Part shown: positions 19,093 to 28,928 of the stretch, piece after piece | Layout: each line of letters opens with the position of its first letter | Numbering within the stretch: position 1 is the stretch's first letter | Source of the DNA: a bacterium DOLZORAL124_38_8 | GTDB taxonomy: Bacteria > Patescibacteriota > Gracilibacteria > UBA4473 | Reading direction: 5' to 3' | Assembly: GCA_002747745.1 (NCBI GenBank) | Contig: PDQG01000004.1 | Location: 183,216-247,215, forward strand | Length of the DNA: 64,000 nucleotides | Translations under genes and position numbers: made by a program | The notes under the pieces: generated by a model | Database searches by the model: none | The model's input: only the letters and a program-made list of their open reading frames with translations | Told to the model about the DNA's origin: nothing

Positions 19093-20304
19093 TTATCCCA
19101 AATCATCAAACACATTTGTATGTGCTTGCACATATTCCAAATCTTTATCGCCACGACCAGACAAATTTACAATAATTATTGTATCTTTTGGTAGCGTTGG
19201 AGCCAATTTAATGGCTTCCGCCAAGGCATGCGAACTCTCTAACGCCGGAATAATTCCTTCTGTTTTTGACAATTCTTTAAAGGCCGACAAGGCTTCGTTA
19301 TCAGAAATTGTCGTGTAAGACACTCGGTTGATGTCTTTTAAATGGGCGTGAATTGGCCCCACCCCTGGATAACCTAACCCCGAAGCAACCGAATGTACTG
19401 GAGCGGGATTTCCTGATTCGTCCGACAAGAGATACGTAAACATTCCATGAATTTCCCCCGGTTTTCCAAGCGTTAGCGTGGCCGAATGCTCACCAGATTT
19501 AAAACTTTTCCCGCTCGGTTCAACACCAATTATATTTACCTTCGGATCGTTTAAAAACTCGTGAAACAATCCAATCGCATTTGATCCACCCCCAACACAA
19601 GCCACTAAATAATCTGGCAATATTTTCTCCTGTTCTAAAATTTGTTGCTTGGCTTCTCTTCCAATAACCGACTGAAAATCTCGCACCATCATTGGATATG
19701 GATGTGGCCCAACCACCGAACCAATCCCAAAAAATACTTCATTTGGGCTCGCTAAAAATGATTGAAAAGCACTATCTACGGCATCTTTTAAACACCTTCC
19801 ACCCGTAGTAACGGTTACAACTTTTGCCCCCAATAACCGCATTCGCAACACATTGGGCGCTTGTTTTTTAACATCAATTTCGCCCATATGAATCTCACAA
19901 TCAATTCCAACCAGAGCCGCCGCCGTTGCCAATGCTACTCCATGCTGACCAGCACCAGTTTCGGCCAACAATTTCTTTTTTCCCATTTTTTTGGCGAGCA
20001 GAGCCTCTCCCAAACAATGATTTATTTTGTGTGCCCCCGTATGGTTTAAATCTTCTCGTTTTAAATAAATTTTAGCCCCACCAAGTTTTTGGGTTAAATT
20101 GGCCGCCAAATACAACGGAGACGGACGACCTACATAGTTTTTAAGTAGTGTGTGATACTCATTTTTAAACGCTTCTGTGTTTTTAGTGTCGTTATAAAAT
20201 TCAGTAATTTCTGCAAAAAATGATTGCAATTCTGGCGGCAAAATCATTCCCCCATATTCACCAAAATAGCCCGTATCCGTTGGAGTTTGTTGCAAATTCA
20301 TCAT
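19093..20304 (-). CDS. trpB: tryptophan synthase beta chain (TrpB1-like), no trpA adjacent
   Basis: '[15 protein letters not shown]', PLP lysine motif '[11 protein letters not shown]', 'GGGSNAIG'. Start set at the ATG-ATG pair (MMNLQQ) rather than the track start at 20352. Confidence 0.9.
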   Translation of the reverse strand: MMNLQQTPTDTGYFGEYGGMILPPELQSFFAEITEFYNDTKNTEAFKNEYHTLLKNYVGRPSPLYLAANLTQKLGGAKIYLKREDLNHTGAHKINHCLGEALLAKKMGKKKLLAETGAGQHGVALATAAALVGIDCEIHMGEIDVKKQAPNVLRMRLLGAKVVTVTTGGRCLKDAVDSAFQSFLASPNEVFFGIGSVVGPHPYPMMVRDFQSVIGREAKQQILEQEKILPDYLVACVGGGSNAIGLFHEFLNDPKVNIIGVEPSGKSFKSGEHSATLTLGKPGEIHGMFTYLLSDESGNPAPVHSVASGLGYPGVGPIHAHLKDINRVSYTTISDNEALSAFKELSKTEGIIPALESSHALAEAIKLAPTLPKDTIIIVNLSGRGDKDLEYVQAHTNVFDDLG

Positions 20305-20323
20305 ATGTTTATAAAAACAATTG

Positions 20324-20343
20324 CATGCTATTGTGATAGCATG
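20324..20343. promoter_or_regulatory. perfect 8-4-8 palindrome in the trpB/yerC-like divergent promoter region (operator candidate)
   Basis: catgctat-tgtg-atagcatg lies within the 84-bp space between the two start codons. Confidence 0.3.
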
Positions 20344-20388
20344 ATATGTCAATTGTATTTTGCAAAAAATTATGTTATAAACAGAACG

Positions 20389-20655
20389 ATGAATAAAAAC
20401 AATGTCTTTGTGGCCTTAACGGGTCTTAAAACTGCTGACGAATTTGAACAATTTTTCCAAGAAATTCTCACCCCTCGTGAGTTTGAAGAAATGAAAAAAC
20501 GCTACCGAATTTGCCTTGAATTAAGCAAGGGGAAAACTGTGCAAGAGGTTTGCAAAACCTGTGAAGTAGCATCTGCTACGGTAGTCCGAGGGAACCGAAT
20601 TTTAAAATACGGCAACGGCTTGCTAAAAAAAATAACCCAACCAAAAACAGAATAA
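20389..20655 (+). CDS. TrpR-related YerC/YecD family DNA-binding protein
   Basis: From the ATG at 20389: '[23 protein letters not shown]...[30 protein letters not shown]' follows the YerC/YecD (Trp repressor fold) pattern. The track start at 20224 overlaps trpB. Confidence 0.65.
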   Translation: MNKNNVFVALTGLKTADEFEQFFQEILTPREFEEMKKRYRICLELSKGKTVQEVCKTCEVASATVVRGNRILKYGNGLLKKITQPKTE

Positions 20656-20672
20656 TTAGAGTAATAATTTAC

Positions 20673-20703
20673 AAAAAAACCACCTCAATGAGGTGGTTTT
20701 TAT
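20673..20703. terminator. bidirectional intrinsic terminator between the yerC-like gene and rplL
   Basis: aaaaaccacct-caatg-aggtggttttt hairpin flanked by A and T runs. Confidence 0.75.
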
Positions 20704-20729
20704 ATTTCTAAAATCTAGAACCTTAAGAA

Positions 20730-21128
20730 TTAAGCCAATTCTACTGTTGCTCCAGCTTCTTCGAATTTCTTTTTCATTTCTTCTGCTTCTTCTTTTTTCA
20801 CTCCTTCTTTAATAGTTCCTCCGTTGTCAGCCAACGCTTTTGCTTCTCCTAATCCCAATCCTGTAATTTCTCGTACTACTTTAATAGTTGCGATTTTTTT
20901 CGCTCCAGCGTCTTTCAATACAACGTCGAATGAAGATTTTTCTTCTGCTTCTTCTGCCGCTGCTCCTCCTGCTACAGCTGCAACGGCTACTGGTGCTGCT
21001 GCTGAGATTCCGTATTTTTCTTCAAAGTATTTCGCTACGTTCGCTGCTTCAACTACGGTCAATTTTTCAATAGCATCTACTACTTTTTGTTCAGATGCTG
21101 ACAATGTTACTGTTACTTCTTCTGTCAT
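20730..21128 (-). CDS. rplL: 50S ribosomal protein L7/L12
   Basis: Ala-rich hinge '[18 protein letters not shown]' and C-terminal '[19 protein letters not shown]...[18 protein letters not shown]'. Confidence 0.95.
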   Translation of the reverse strand: MTEEVTVTLSASEQKVVDAIEKLTVVEAANVAKYFEEKYGISAAAPVAVAAVAGGAAAEEAEEKSSFDVVLKDAGAKKIATIKVVREITGLGLGEAKALADNGGTIKEGVKKEEAEEMKKKFEEAGATVELA

Positions 21129-21175
21129 TTTTCAAATAATGTTAATAAAAATATGAATAAAAGGTAAATTCTGTT

Positions 21176-21721
21176 TTACGCTGCGAATTTATCAGCATTT
21201 TTCATAACGTTGTGGAATCCTTTCAACCCTGAAAGACAAACGGTATGTAATTTTTGTGGTCCAACCATAAGCATTCCCACAATTTTCCCCAAAGATTCTT
21301 CTTTGGTTGGTGTGTTGGCAAAAACTTCTGCTTCTGCCGCTTTCAAAAAGTTTCCTTCGAAAATCGCCCCCGCAAAATCGAATTTGCTGGTTTTGGTTTC
21401 TTTACAAAAGAAATCTTTTTTGAATTTTTTAATTGATTGAGCTGGAAGAACGATGTCGTCTGGAGAGGTAATAACCGCTACCATCCCTTCCATGTCATCA
21501 GAATCAAAAGTTGCGAGCCCTGCTTCTTTGGCTGCTAACGCCATCAAAGTTCGTTTTACCACCGTATAAGACATTCCTTGCGCTCGCAATTCTCGTCGTA
21601 CGATTTGAACTTCGTCTACCGTTGCTCCGTCAAATTTAACAAAAGCCACTCCTTGAGCTTCTTTAAACTTCTCAACCAAGGCTCCGAGCTGTTGTTCTTT
21701 TTTTGCTTTTGTAATAGCCAT
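21176..21721 (-). CDS. rplJ: 50S ribosomal protein L10
   Basis: Located immediately upstream of rplL; 'FVKFDGATVDEVQIVRRELRAQGMSYTVVKRTL' is the L10 N-terminal pattern. Confidence 0.9.
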   Translation of the reverse strand: MAITKAKKEQQLGALVEKFKEAQGVAFVKFDGATVDEVQIVRRELRAQGMSYTVVKRTLMALAAKEAGLATFDSDDMEGMVAVITSPDDIVLPAQSIKKFKKDFFCKETKTSKFDFAGAIFEGNFLKAAEAEVFANTPTKEESLGKIVGMLMVGPQKLHTVCLSGLKGFHNVMKNADKFAA

Positions 21722-21915
21722 GAGAGAAATAATTAAAAAAATTCTTCTGATGATCAGAAGACATTAGATTCGCTGTTTCCAACTCTTACTTTTTTCTGAT
21801 TCCTAAGAAATCCATAAGAATTGATTTGAACTGCGTCTCGACCAGACTTATGTTTAGGTCGTGCCTAAAAGCTGGTTGTCTTTGACCACAAGCAAAATAG
21901 TCAAGACAACCAGTT
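21722..21915 (-). promoter_or_regulatory. structured rplJ leader with an attenuator-like terminator hairpin (L10-leader candidate)
   Basis: About 190 nt of untranslated sequence upstream of rplJ. Hairpin tcttctga-tca-tcagaaga (21743-21761) is followed on the coding strand by a T7 run just before the start. A second 14-15 bp hairpin lies at 21872-21913, and a TTGACA-17-TATTTT promoter-like element at 21894-21922. Confidence 0.4.
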
Positions 21916-21923
21916 TTGTCAAA

Positions 21924-22649
21924 TTATTCCTCCTTTTTTACGAAAGAAGCAAAAGCCGCTCGTACATTTCTCATATCATTTTTAAACGTACCATTGTTAA
22001 AGTTCGCCTCGAATTGACTAATTTTCTCTGGAACATTTTCATACATATCCGCAAAAGAAACTGGGAGCTCCTCTTCGCTAGAAACACCAAATTCACGCAA
22101 AACATCCGTTCTTAAATTCACTTCATTCGTAAAATACTCAACAAGATTTTGAAAACGTTCTTTCCCCATTCTTCTATTAATCTCAAGAATTCCTTCTATT
22201 AACCCAAGAAGCAAATATGTTGCTATTTTCACACCTTCATCTTCTAACTGAGAAAAAAATTGAGGAATGAGACCCGCTATCCCTATCAATAAAGCAATAT
22301 ACATAAGCCGTCTCATGCCATTAAAATAAGACAAAAGTTCTTGAGCACGAATATGAAAATCATCTTCCAAAAAAGTACTTGCTTCCGCTGTTACTTTTTC
22401 CTGGTATTCCTCCGGCAAATGATTAAACCTTTCTATTAAAGCGTCAAACTTTTCTTCCGCTGAAACCTCATCCGGTGACTTCACAATAAGTGCTTCATAG
22501 ATAGGGTCTCCCTTTTTAATTCCCCTTCTCGAAAACTCTGCTCTAATAAATTCCTGATTTTTTGACAACAACTCCTCTTTTGTCCCTTTCACAAAGTTCT
22601 CTTCCCCTTGTTTAAATAAATCTGGTGCAGATTTCTTGAAAAATGGCAT
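21924..22649 (-). CDS. hypothetical protein with a central TM hairpin
   Basis: 241-aa ORF; hydrophobic segments 'MYIALLIGIAGLIPQFF' and 'IATYLLLGLIEGILEI'. No recognisable catalytic motif. Confidence 0.5.
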   Translation of the reverse strand: MPFFKKSAPDLFKQGEENFVKGTKEELLSKNQEFIRAEFSRRGIKKGDPIYEALIVKSPDEVSAEEKFDALIERFNHLPEEYQEKVTAEASTFLEDDFHIRAQELLSYFNGMRRLMYIALLIGIAGLIPQFFSQLEDEGVKIATYLLLGLIEGILEINRRMGKERFQNLVEYFTNEVNLRTDVLREFGVSSEEELPVSFADMYENVPEKISQFEANFNNGTFKNDMRNVRAAFASFVKKEE

Positions 22650-22675
22650 TTTTATAATATTTTAATAAATAATTT

Positions 22676-23926
22676 TTAACGGTTCTTTTTTGGTAGCAAC
22701 AAATGCATGGCAATTCCTATCACCGAAGCCAATCCGATTCCAGCGAGCGAAAATTCTCCCCAATGCCAAACAGCATCACCTACGCCAAAGATAAGAATTA
22801 TTGACACAATAACTTGTGTTCGCGTGTCGGTTAAATCGACTTTGGCGTCAATCAAACTTTTTAATCCTACTGAAGCAATCATTCCAAATAACAACAACAT
22901 GATTCCCCCTAACACGGCCTCTGGAATAGTTTGCAAGAAACCACTTACTTTTCCAATAAACGAGAAACAAACCGCCGTAATAGCTGAGATTCTCAAAATA
23001 ACAGGGTTTGTTACTTTTGTAAGAGAAATCGCCCCAGTAACTTCTGAATAAGTTGTGTTTGGTGGTCCACCAAAAAATCCAGCAAAGGCCGTAGCCACTC
23101 CATCACCTAACATGGTTCGGTGCAAACCAGGTTCTTTGACAAAGTTTTTATCCGCCACATTTCCAATTGCATACATATCTCCCACATGTTCGATAATCGG
23201 TGCTATCGCCACAGGCAACATGTACAAAATGGCCGAAAGGTTAAATTCTGGGAACACAAACTTTGGCATGGTAAACCACCCTGACTTCATCATCGGAGAA
23301 AAATCGATGGTAGTAAGCGCCCACCACGCATCAGGCGAGTGAGAAATAATTCCCTTATTTACAGCTAGTGTGTATAACAACGCCACTAAATACCCCACAA
23401 AAATACCCATAAATATGGGGATGAGTTTTAACATTTTTTTCCCAAATATCACACTTACCACGGCTGTCAGCAAGGAAACCATAGCCAACCACCAATTATG
23501 CGCCGCCTTCTCAACAGCCACCGAAGCCAAAGACGCTCCTACGGCAATAATAACGGGTCCCACCACTTCAGGCGGAAAAAGTTTTTCAATAAACGATTTT
23601 CCGTTCATTTTTATGATAGCAGACACAACAGCATAAACCAGTCCAACCGCAATTAATCCGCCAAGCGTTCCCGGAAGCCCATAGGCTTTTGTTGAGGCAA
23701 TTATTGGGGCAATAAACACAAAACTACTTCCCAAAAACACGGGAACTTTTCCCTTGGTAATGAGATGAAAAATAAGCGTTCCGATTCCGGCCGTAAAGAG
23801 AGCCACTGCTGGATCAATTCCGACCAAAATAGGAACCAAAACCGTTGCTCCAAAAGCCACAAATAAAAATTGGACTCCAAGAACCACATCCGATGCCGAT
23901 AATGCGCGCGTCTGTTTGTTCCACAT
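22676..23926 (-). CDS. NCS2 family nucleobase permease (uracil/xanthine type)
   Basis: Polytopic; 'VQFLFVAFGATVLVPILVG' is UraA/PyrP-like, and 'GGPPNTTYSEVTGAI' is the NCS2 signature region. Confidence 0.85.
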   Translation of the reverse strand: MWNKQTRALSASDVVLGVQFLFVAFGATVLVPILVGIDPAVALFTAGIGTLIFHLITKGKVPVFLGSSFVFIAPIIASTKAYGLPGTLGGLIAVGLVYAVVSAIIKMNGKSFIEKLFPPEVVGPVIIAVGASLASVAVEKAAHNWWLAMVSLLTAVVSVIFGKKMLKLIPIFMGIFVGYLVALLYTLAVNKGIISHSPDAWWALTTIDFSPMMKSGWFTMPKFVFPEFNLSAILYMLPVAIAPIIEHVGDMYAIGNVADKNFVKEPGLHRTMLGDGVATAFAGFFGGPPNTTYSEVTGAISLTKVTNPVILRISAITAVCFSFIGKVSGFLQTIPEAVLGGIMLLLFGMIASVGLKSLIDAKVDLTDTRTQVIVSIILIFGVGDAVWHWGEFSLAGIGLASVIGIAMHLLLPKKNR

Positions 23927-23993
23927 GATTCAATAAATTATATTAAACGATTTAATTCTAAAATTAAACGTCTAAGCTGTCAAAAGAGAAGCC

Positions 23994-24803
23994 CTATAAA
24001 AGTGATAAATCCAATAACACGGGACAATGATCACTTCCCATTTGTTGATCCAAATAGGTAATATCTTGTACTAAATTCCAATGCGATTGATGTACAAAAA
24101 AATAATCAATCCGCCAGCCAACATTTCGTGCTCGTGCCCGCGTGAGTAAATGCCACCACGAATACTGCACTTTTTGTGGATATTTTTGTCGAAATACATC
24201 CACCCAACTATTTTCAAGACAGTTTGAAATCCACGCCCGCTCTTCTGGTAAAAACCCGATTGAATTTCGGTTTGTTTCTGGGCGAGCTAGATCAACTTCC
24301 TCATGAGCACAATTTACATCTCCGCACCAAACAACAATAAAACCCTGTTTTTGCAAACTATTTACATATTCCAAAAACCGATCGTAAAATACCAACTTTT
24401 CTTGCCAAGCGGTTGGAGATTTTCCGCCATTTGGAAAATAAACTCCCAAAAGTGCATATTTTTGCCCATTTTTTGTTTGAAATTGAAGCTGTGAAATTCG
24501 CCCCTCGGTGTCAATAAAACTATCCATTCCGGTTAGATATTGCAAAGAACTGGCAATAACATTTTCTCGTAAAAATGATTTTTTTATCCACACGCCAGTC
24601 CCCGCGTATCCTTTTTTTTCGGCAGAAAAATAAAACTGCTGAAAATCTTCATGGGCGGTTAAAAATTTTGAGAATTGTTCTTGATTTCCTTTGATTTCCT
24701 GAAGAAAACAAATATCAAACGGCGTATTGGCTATAAATTCTTGTAGATTTTTTTTCCGCTCTACGGCTCGGATTCCGTTGACATTCCAACTAACTATTTT
24801 CAT
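23994..24803 (-). CDS. xth: exodeoxyribonuclease III
   Basis: 'MKIVSWNVNGIRA', 'ICFLQEIK', 'GDVNCAH' and 'SDHCPVLLDL' motifs of the EEP AP-endonuclease family. Confidence 0.9.
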   Translation of the reverse strand: MKIVSWNVNGIRAVERKKNLQEFIANTPFDICFLQEIKGNQEQFSKFLTAHEDFQQFYFSAEKKGYAGTGVWIKKSFLRENVIASSLQYLTGMDSFIDTEGRISQLQFQTKNGQKYALLGVYFPNGGKSPTAWQEKLVFYDRFLEYVNSLQKQGFIVVWCGDVNCAHEEVDLARPETNRNSIGFLPEERAWISNCLENSWVDVFRQKYPQKVQYSWWHLLTRARARNVGWRIDYFFVHQSHWNLVQDITYLDQQMGSDHCPVLLDLSLL

Positions 24804-24853
24804 ATTTTTTCAAAAATTTTGATAAATCAAAGAAATTTTATATAATTTACGGC

Positions 24854-25390
24854 ATGAAGGGAAGAACAAAAAACCTTTGGCAAAAACTGTTTAACGTTCC
24901 GTTTTTACGAAAAAATTTTCGGAATATGCGGTTTGAAGAACAAATAATATTTTTGGCTCAACTAGTAACGCTTTTAGGGTGTTTTTTACCATGGGTATCT
25001 GTCAAACCGACAGTGTTTGGGCAACCATATTATTACACAGCCTTCTCTGGAACAACCAGCGTTCTTGGATTTTTCGTATTTTTCATGTCAAGTATCGTGA
25101 CGGTCTTCTTCCTAGAAAAAATATGGCAAAAAAAATGGATTAAAATCCCCATCAAAACACAGACTATTTTGCATTCAGCCAATATCCAATCACTTATTTT
25201 ATTGGTTTCGGCTTGGTCTGTATTCATGCAAATTGAAAAGGCTACCTCGGTTGTTTCGACTTCGTTTGGTTGGTTTCTTTGCTTTTTTGCACAAATAGCT
25301 ACCATTGTGGCACATTTTTTAGCCACCCAAAATTACAAAAAACAAACCGTAGAAGATTTTTTTATAAACAAACAATCAAATGAACAATAA
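24854..25390 (+). CDS. hypothetical polytopic membrane protein
   Basis: 178 aa with about 4 TM helices; first gene of a tightly packed four-gene plus-strand block. Confidence 0.5.
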   Translation: MKGRTKNLWQKLFNVPFLRKNFRNMRFEEQIIFLAQLVTLLGCFLPWVSVKPTVFGQPYYYTAFSGTTSVLGFFVFFMSSIVTVFFLEKIWQKKWIKIPIKTQTILHSANIQSLILLVSAWSVFMQIEKATSVVSTSFGWFLCFFAQIATIVAHFLATQNYKKQTVEDFFINKQSNEQ

Positions 25391-25727
25391 AGATGAAAAA
25401 ACGTTCTTGAGTGAATCCCAAAAGATGGGAAAAGCCTCAGGAAAAATAAAATTAGAAGATTTTGAGCAAGCCTTGGATTCTATTAGCACTATCCTCGTTC
25501 CAGAAGCTGCTGAAGCCTACAAAAACATGGAGGAAGCCGAGTTTCCGAAAACAAAAATTGCCTTATATTGTCACAATTGTGAGGAAATTGTTCCGGCTGG
25601 CGAAGGGCACGACCGCCGATCAACACCTCGACTGGTCTGTGGAAATTGTAAGTCACGAAAAGTCTCAAGAGGAAAAATTGAGTCACTCAAAAAGTTTTAC
25701 CACCTAGAAGAATCTTCAAACACATAA
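25380..25727 (+). CDS. hypothetical zinc-ribbon protein
   Basis: 115 aa; 'CHNCEEIV...(17)...CGNCKSRK' forms a CxxC...CxxC pair. It overlaps the previous ORF by 11 nt. Confidence 0.5.
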   Translation: MNNKDEKTFLSESQKMGKASGKIKLEDFEQALDSISTILVPEAAEAYKNMEEAEFPKTKIALYCHNCEEIVPAGEGHDRRSTPRLVCGNCKSRKVSRGKIESLKKFYHLEESSNT

Positions 25728-25731
25728 ACAA

Positions 25732-27828
25732 ATGAAAAATTTGGGGAGAAAAGTATTATTACTAGGGCTCGCAACAATGATTTTTGTTTCGGTGCTTTTC
25801 TCTTTGAAAACAAATAGTTATTTGTTAGAAGAATCACTCAAAGGTCTGTACGTACCGGTTTCAGAATCAACATTAACACAAAATATAGACCTCCCTACAA
25901 AAGATGTCATTCTCAAGGATTCTAGCTTTGTGCGATTGTATAAAAACACAGAAATTCGAATCGGAGCAAAACAATATCCTCATTTGCAAAAAGGAAACTT
26001 ATTTCTTGTTGGAACGCCCCAATCACAGCAACAGGTATATCTCAATCAAAACACCAAAATACTGTTACAAGATTTCGCTGTATTCTTAGAATCAAATATC
26101 GAATCAGTAAAAATTTATACTTTTGAGAAACCCGTTCCAATACTCATAGAAAACGAAATATTACTGCTTCCAAAACAAAGCAATGTAACCATTTCTAAAC
26201 AAAGTAGTTTGTCTCCCCAAGACATAACACACCAAGAACTTGAAACAATATTTTCTCTCACGCCCAATAACCCGTTGCCAAAGGTGGCCAAAGAAGCGTT
26301 AAAAGGATATGAAACGTTTCAAACTACCGCCAGAAAAATTGTATTTTCGACTCCCAAAATTTGGGAAAAATACACCAAGTCAAATTTCTCTCGACACATA
26401 AAAAACCGGCTTTCTCTCTCAGTTCCAAGAGAATTAAGGGCTCAATGGTTTTTTGCGAAAAAAACAAGATTATTGTCTCATGGAATCGAACTACTACAAA
26501 AAAACAAAATCAAGGAGGCTCAACACTTACTTAGCTTCTTTCAAAAACAGTTAAAATCACAGGAATCGCTCCATTTTTTCCAAACATTTCCTGCTTTTAG
26601 AGAAAAATGGGAAACCTATCAAAATGCGGTAGCCGTTTTTTCTAATTTCCAAAACGATTCTAAAACAACGGCCTTAAAAACCTTGTTGGAAAAAGGAACG
26701 CATGTGTTTTCGGTGTTAGAAGATTCTTTGTCGAAAAAGGACTTTGGACAATCTGTTTCAATCATAAAAAACATGAAACACCTTGAAAAAAACAAGGCCA
26801 AAAGAGTTCGATTATTTTGGGACATTTTACAAAATCCATTTATCCAAAACGAAACATCTATTCAATTATATACCACCTTTGACTTTCGCTCTTTGCAAAA
26901 AGACCACGAAAAAGAAGCGGCCATACGAGAAATATTATCGTTCTTAAAACTTAAAAACTTTGAACCAAATTCCGAAGAAAACATCATTAAAATGTTGTTT
27001 CCAATCTTAGAAAATCTACACGCCAATAATTTTTTAAATGAAGAAGAAAAGGAGTTTCTCAAATTCACAAAAAAGACCCAAAAAATAGGATTGTCTCGCG
27101 AAGAAATTAAACAAATAAAGGAAGAAGAAGCGGTGAGTCAAAAATTCAAACAACAACAAGAAGCCGCAGAACAAGAAAAACAAATCATAGAAAAAGCGAA
27201 ACAAATTAATAATACAAAACAGTTAATCGAATTTTTAAAAAAATTGAATATTGAAATAAAATTAGACACCCTAAAATCAAACCGAGCCCAAAAAACCACC
27301 CAATTTACCGCCAATTATAAGAAAAATATTGTAACCGGAATCTTCCACTACAATAGTCAATATTTCTCAAAGATAACTTTTAACAACGACCAAAACAAGA
27401 CTTATAAAAACATTCCTCGTAATGAAATCAAAAACATAGTCAATATTGTAGAACAAGAATCAGCCCAACAAGACCATAAAAATCCAGAAAAGAACTTGTA
27501 CGATTTTTATAAACAAAAATCAGACATCCCACAAACGAATACCAATTCAATTCGGGCCAAACAAAAGATGATAGAGTACTTAAGAACGCTTGGGTTTTAT
27601 CATATAAACATTCTAAACACAACGGTTCTGAATCAAGCGTTAACAAAGGTTCAATTTACGAACGTTTCATTCAATTCTATAAAAAATCTACAATTTGTAT
27701 TTAATAACGGAGACCAAACCTTTGAAAACATTGTTTTTACAAAAAAACAAAAAATAGGGGTCAAAAAAGGAGTTCACACACAAGCAGAAATAATAAGATT
27801 TCTTAAAGATTTTTCCCGTGAAGACTAG
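25732..27828 (+). CDS. large hypothetical membrane-anchored protein (weak FecR-like N-terminal region, K/E/Q-rich helical remainder)
   Basis: 698-aa ORF starting 4 nt after the previous stop. One N-terminal TM helix; 'VILKDSSFVRLYKNTEIRIG...LQKGNLFLVG' weakly resembles FecR. Confidence 0.6.
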   Translation: MKNLGRKVLLLGLATMIFVSVLFSLKTNSYLLEESLKGLYVPVSESTLTQNIDLPTKDVILKDSSFVRLYKNTEIRIGAKQYPHLQKGNLFLVGTPQSQQQVYLNQNTKILLQDFAVFLESNIESVKIYTFEKPVPILIENEILLLPKQSNVTISKQSSLSPQDITHQELETIFSLTPNNPLPKVAKEALKGYETFQTTARKIVFSTPKIWEKYTKSNFSRHIKNRLSLSVPRELRAQWFFAKKTRLLSHGIELLQKNKIKEAQHLLSFFQKQLKSQESLHFFQTFPAFREKWETYQNAVAVFSNFQNDSKTTALKTLLEKGTHVFSVLEDSLSKKDFGQSVSIIKNMKHLEKNKAKRVRLFWDILQNPFIQNETSIQLYTTFDFRSLQKDHEKEAAIREILSFLKLKNFEPNSEENIIKMLFPILENLHANNFLNEEEKEFLKFTKKTQKIGLSREEIKQIKEEEAVSQKFKQQQEAAEQEKQIIEKAKQINNTKQLIEFLKKLNIEIKLDTLKSNRAQKTTQFTANYKKNIVTGIFHYNSQYFSKITFNNDQNKTYKNIPRNEIKNIVNIVEQESAQQDHKNPEKNLYDFYKQKSDIPQTNTNSIRAKQKMIEYLRTLGFYHINILNTTVLNQALTKVQFTNVSFNSIKNLQFVFNNGDQTFENIVFTKKQKIGVKKGVHTQAEIIRFLKDFSRED

Positions 27829-27875
27829 TCATTCTTGACTCTTATAATGGGTTTACTAAAATGCACTGGTAGATT

Positions 27876-28928
27876 ATGACAACCGTTAAAATAAAGCCTT
27901 CAAACCTATTTTACCGAATAATGAATTCTCCGTTCTTATTCCAAGCTATAAGTTTGAGTTTTGTTGTTATTTTTGTTTTTGGGTTTCGGCCGGAAAATTT
28001 TTCAATTCAGAAACAAAATCTTTTCCAATCTGAATGGGGAAAAGATGTAAATAAGCCATACACATTTTCGGATGATGGGTTTATTTACAACGACCAAGAA
28101 AGTATTAACTCTCAAGACACACAACAGAGAAAAAAAACCATTGAATACGTGGTCAAAAGTGGCGATAACACTACTAAAATAGCCCATAAGTTCGGTTTGA
28201 AAGTTTCGACGATTCTTTGGATGAATGACCTTACTTCTAAAAGTTTGTTGCGTATTGGACAGAAAATTAAGGTTCCACCTATTGACGGCGTGTATTACAC
28301 GGTAAAAAAACATGACACTTTATCGGAAATTGCCAAAGCGCATCAAGCAGATATCAAAAAAATATATGCTTATAACCGAAGAATAAATCCTGGAACGAAG
28401 TTAAAAACTGGTGATAAAGTCTTTATTCCAGAAGCCAGCAAGACGTTTATTCCACGAAAAATCATTGTACAAAAACCGAGATATAAAGGATCGGCTCCGT
28501 CTCGAGCCTCTATTCCGGCTTCTCGAACCACGAAAGCGCAAGCAAAAATTTCTAGCAAAAATTTAAAATTAATTCGTCCCACTCACGGAATTCTCACCCA
28601 AGGATTCCACCGTCGACACTATGCTTTAGATATTGCGAATAAAATGAATACGCCTATCTATGCTGCCAAAGGCGGAAAGGTAATTACTTCAAAAGATGGG
28701 TGGAATTACGGATATGGAAATTATATCATCCTTGATCATGGAGATGGGGTAACCACGCTTTATGGACATATGAACCAACGAAAAGTAGCCGTTGGTGAAA
28801 CCGTTAAAGCGGGTCAACTTATTGGGTTAATGGGAAACACGGGACGCGTATTTGGAGTCACCGGAATTCACCTTCATTTTGAAGTACGTATAAACGGAAG
28901 AAAGCGAAACCCGAACCATTATTTCTAG
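27876..28928 (+). CDS. LysM domain-containing M23 family metallopeptidase
   Basis: Two LysM repeats ('YVVKSGDNTTKIAHKFG...', 'YTVKKHDTLSEIAKAH...') and M23 motifs 'HYALDIA', 'LYGHMN', 'GNTGRVFGVTGIHLHFEVR'. Confidence 0.85.
   Translation: MTTVKIKPSNLFYRIMNSPFLFQAISLSFVVIFVFGFRPENFSIQKQNLFQSEWGKDVNKPYTFSDDGFIYNDQESINSQDTQQRKKTIEYVVKSGDNTTKIAHKFGLKVSTILWMNDLTSKSLLRIGQKIKVPPIDGVYYTVKKHDTLSEIAKAHQADIKKIYAYNRRINPGTKLKTGDKVFIPEASKTFIPRKIIVQKPRYKGSAPSRASIPASRTTKAQAKISSKNLKLIRPTHGILTQGFHRRHYALDIANKMNTPIYAAKGGKVITSKDGWNYGYGNYIILDHGDGVTTLYGHMNQRKVAVGETVKAGQLIGLMGNTGRVFGVTGIHLHFEVRINGRKRNPNHYF

Noticed and set aside
20224-20388. 5' extension of the YerC-like ORF, and the 20305-20352 extension of trpB.
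   Set aside because: The two extensions overlap each other on opposite strands. Family-typical N-termini begin at 20389 and at 20304/20301.
20824-21156. Plus-strand ORFs across rplL (Ala/Ser-rich and Leu-rich translations).
   Set aside because: They mirror the GCN-rich Ala hinge of L7/L12 on the opposite strand and are not independent genes.
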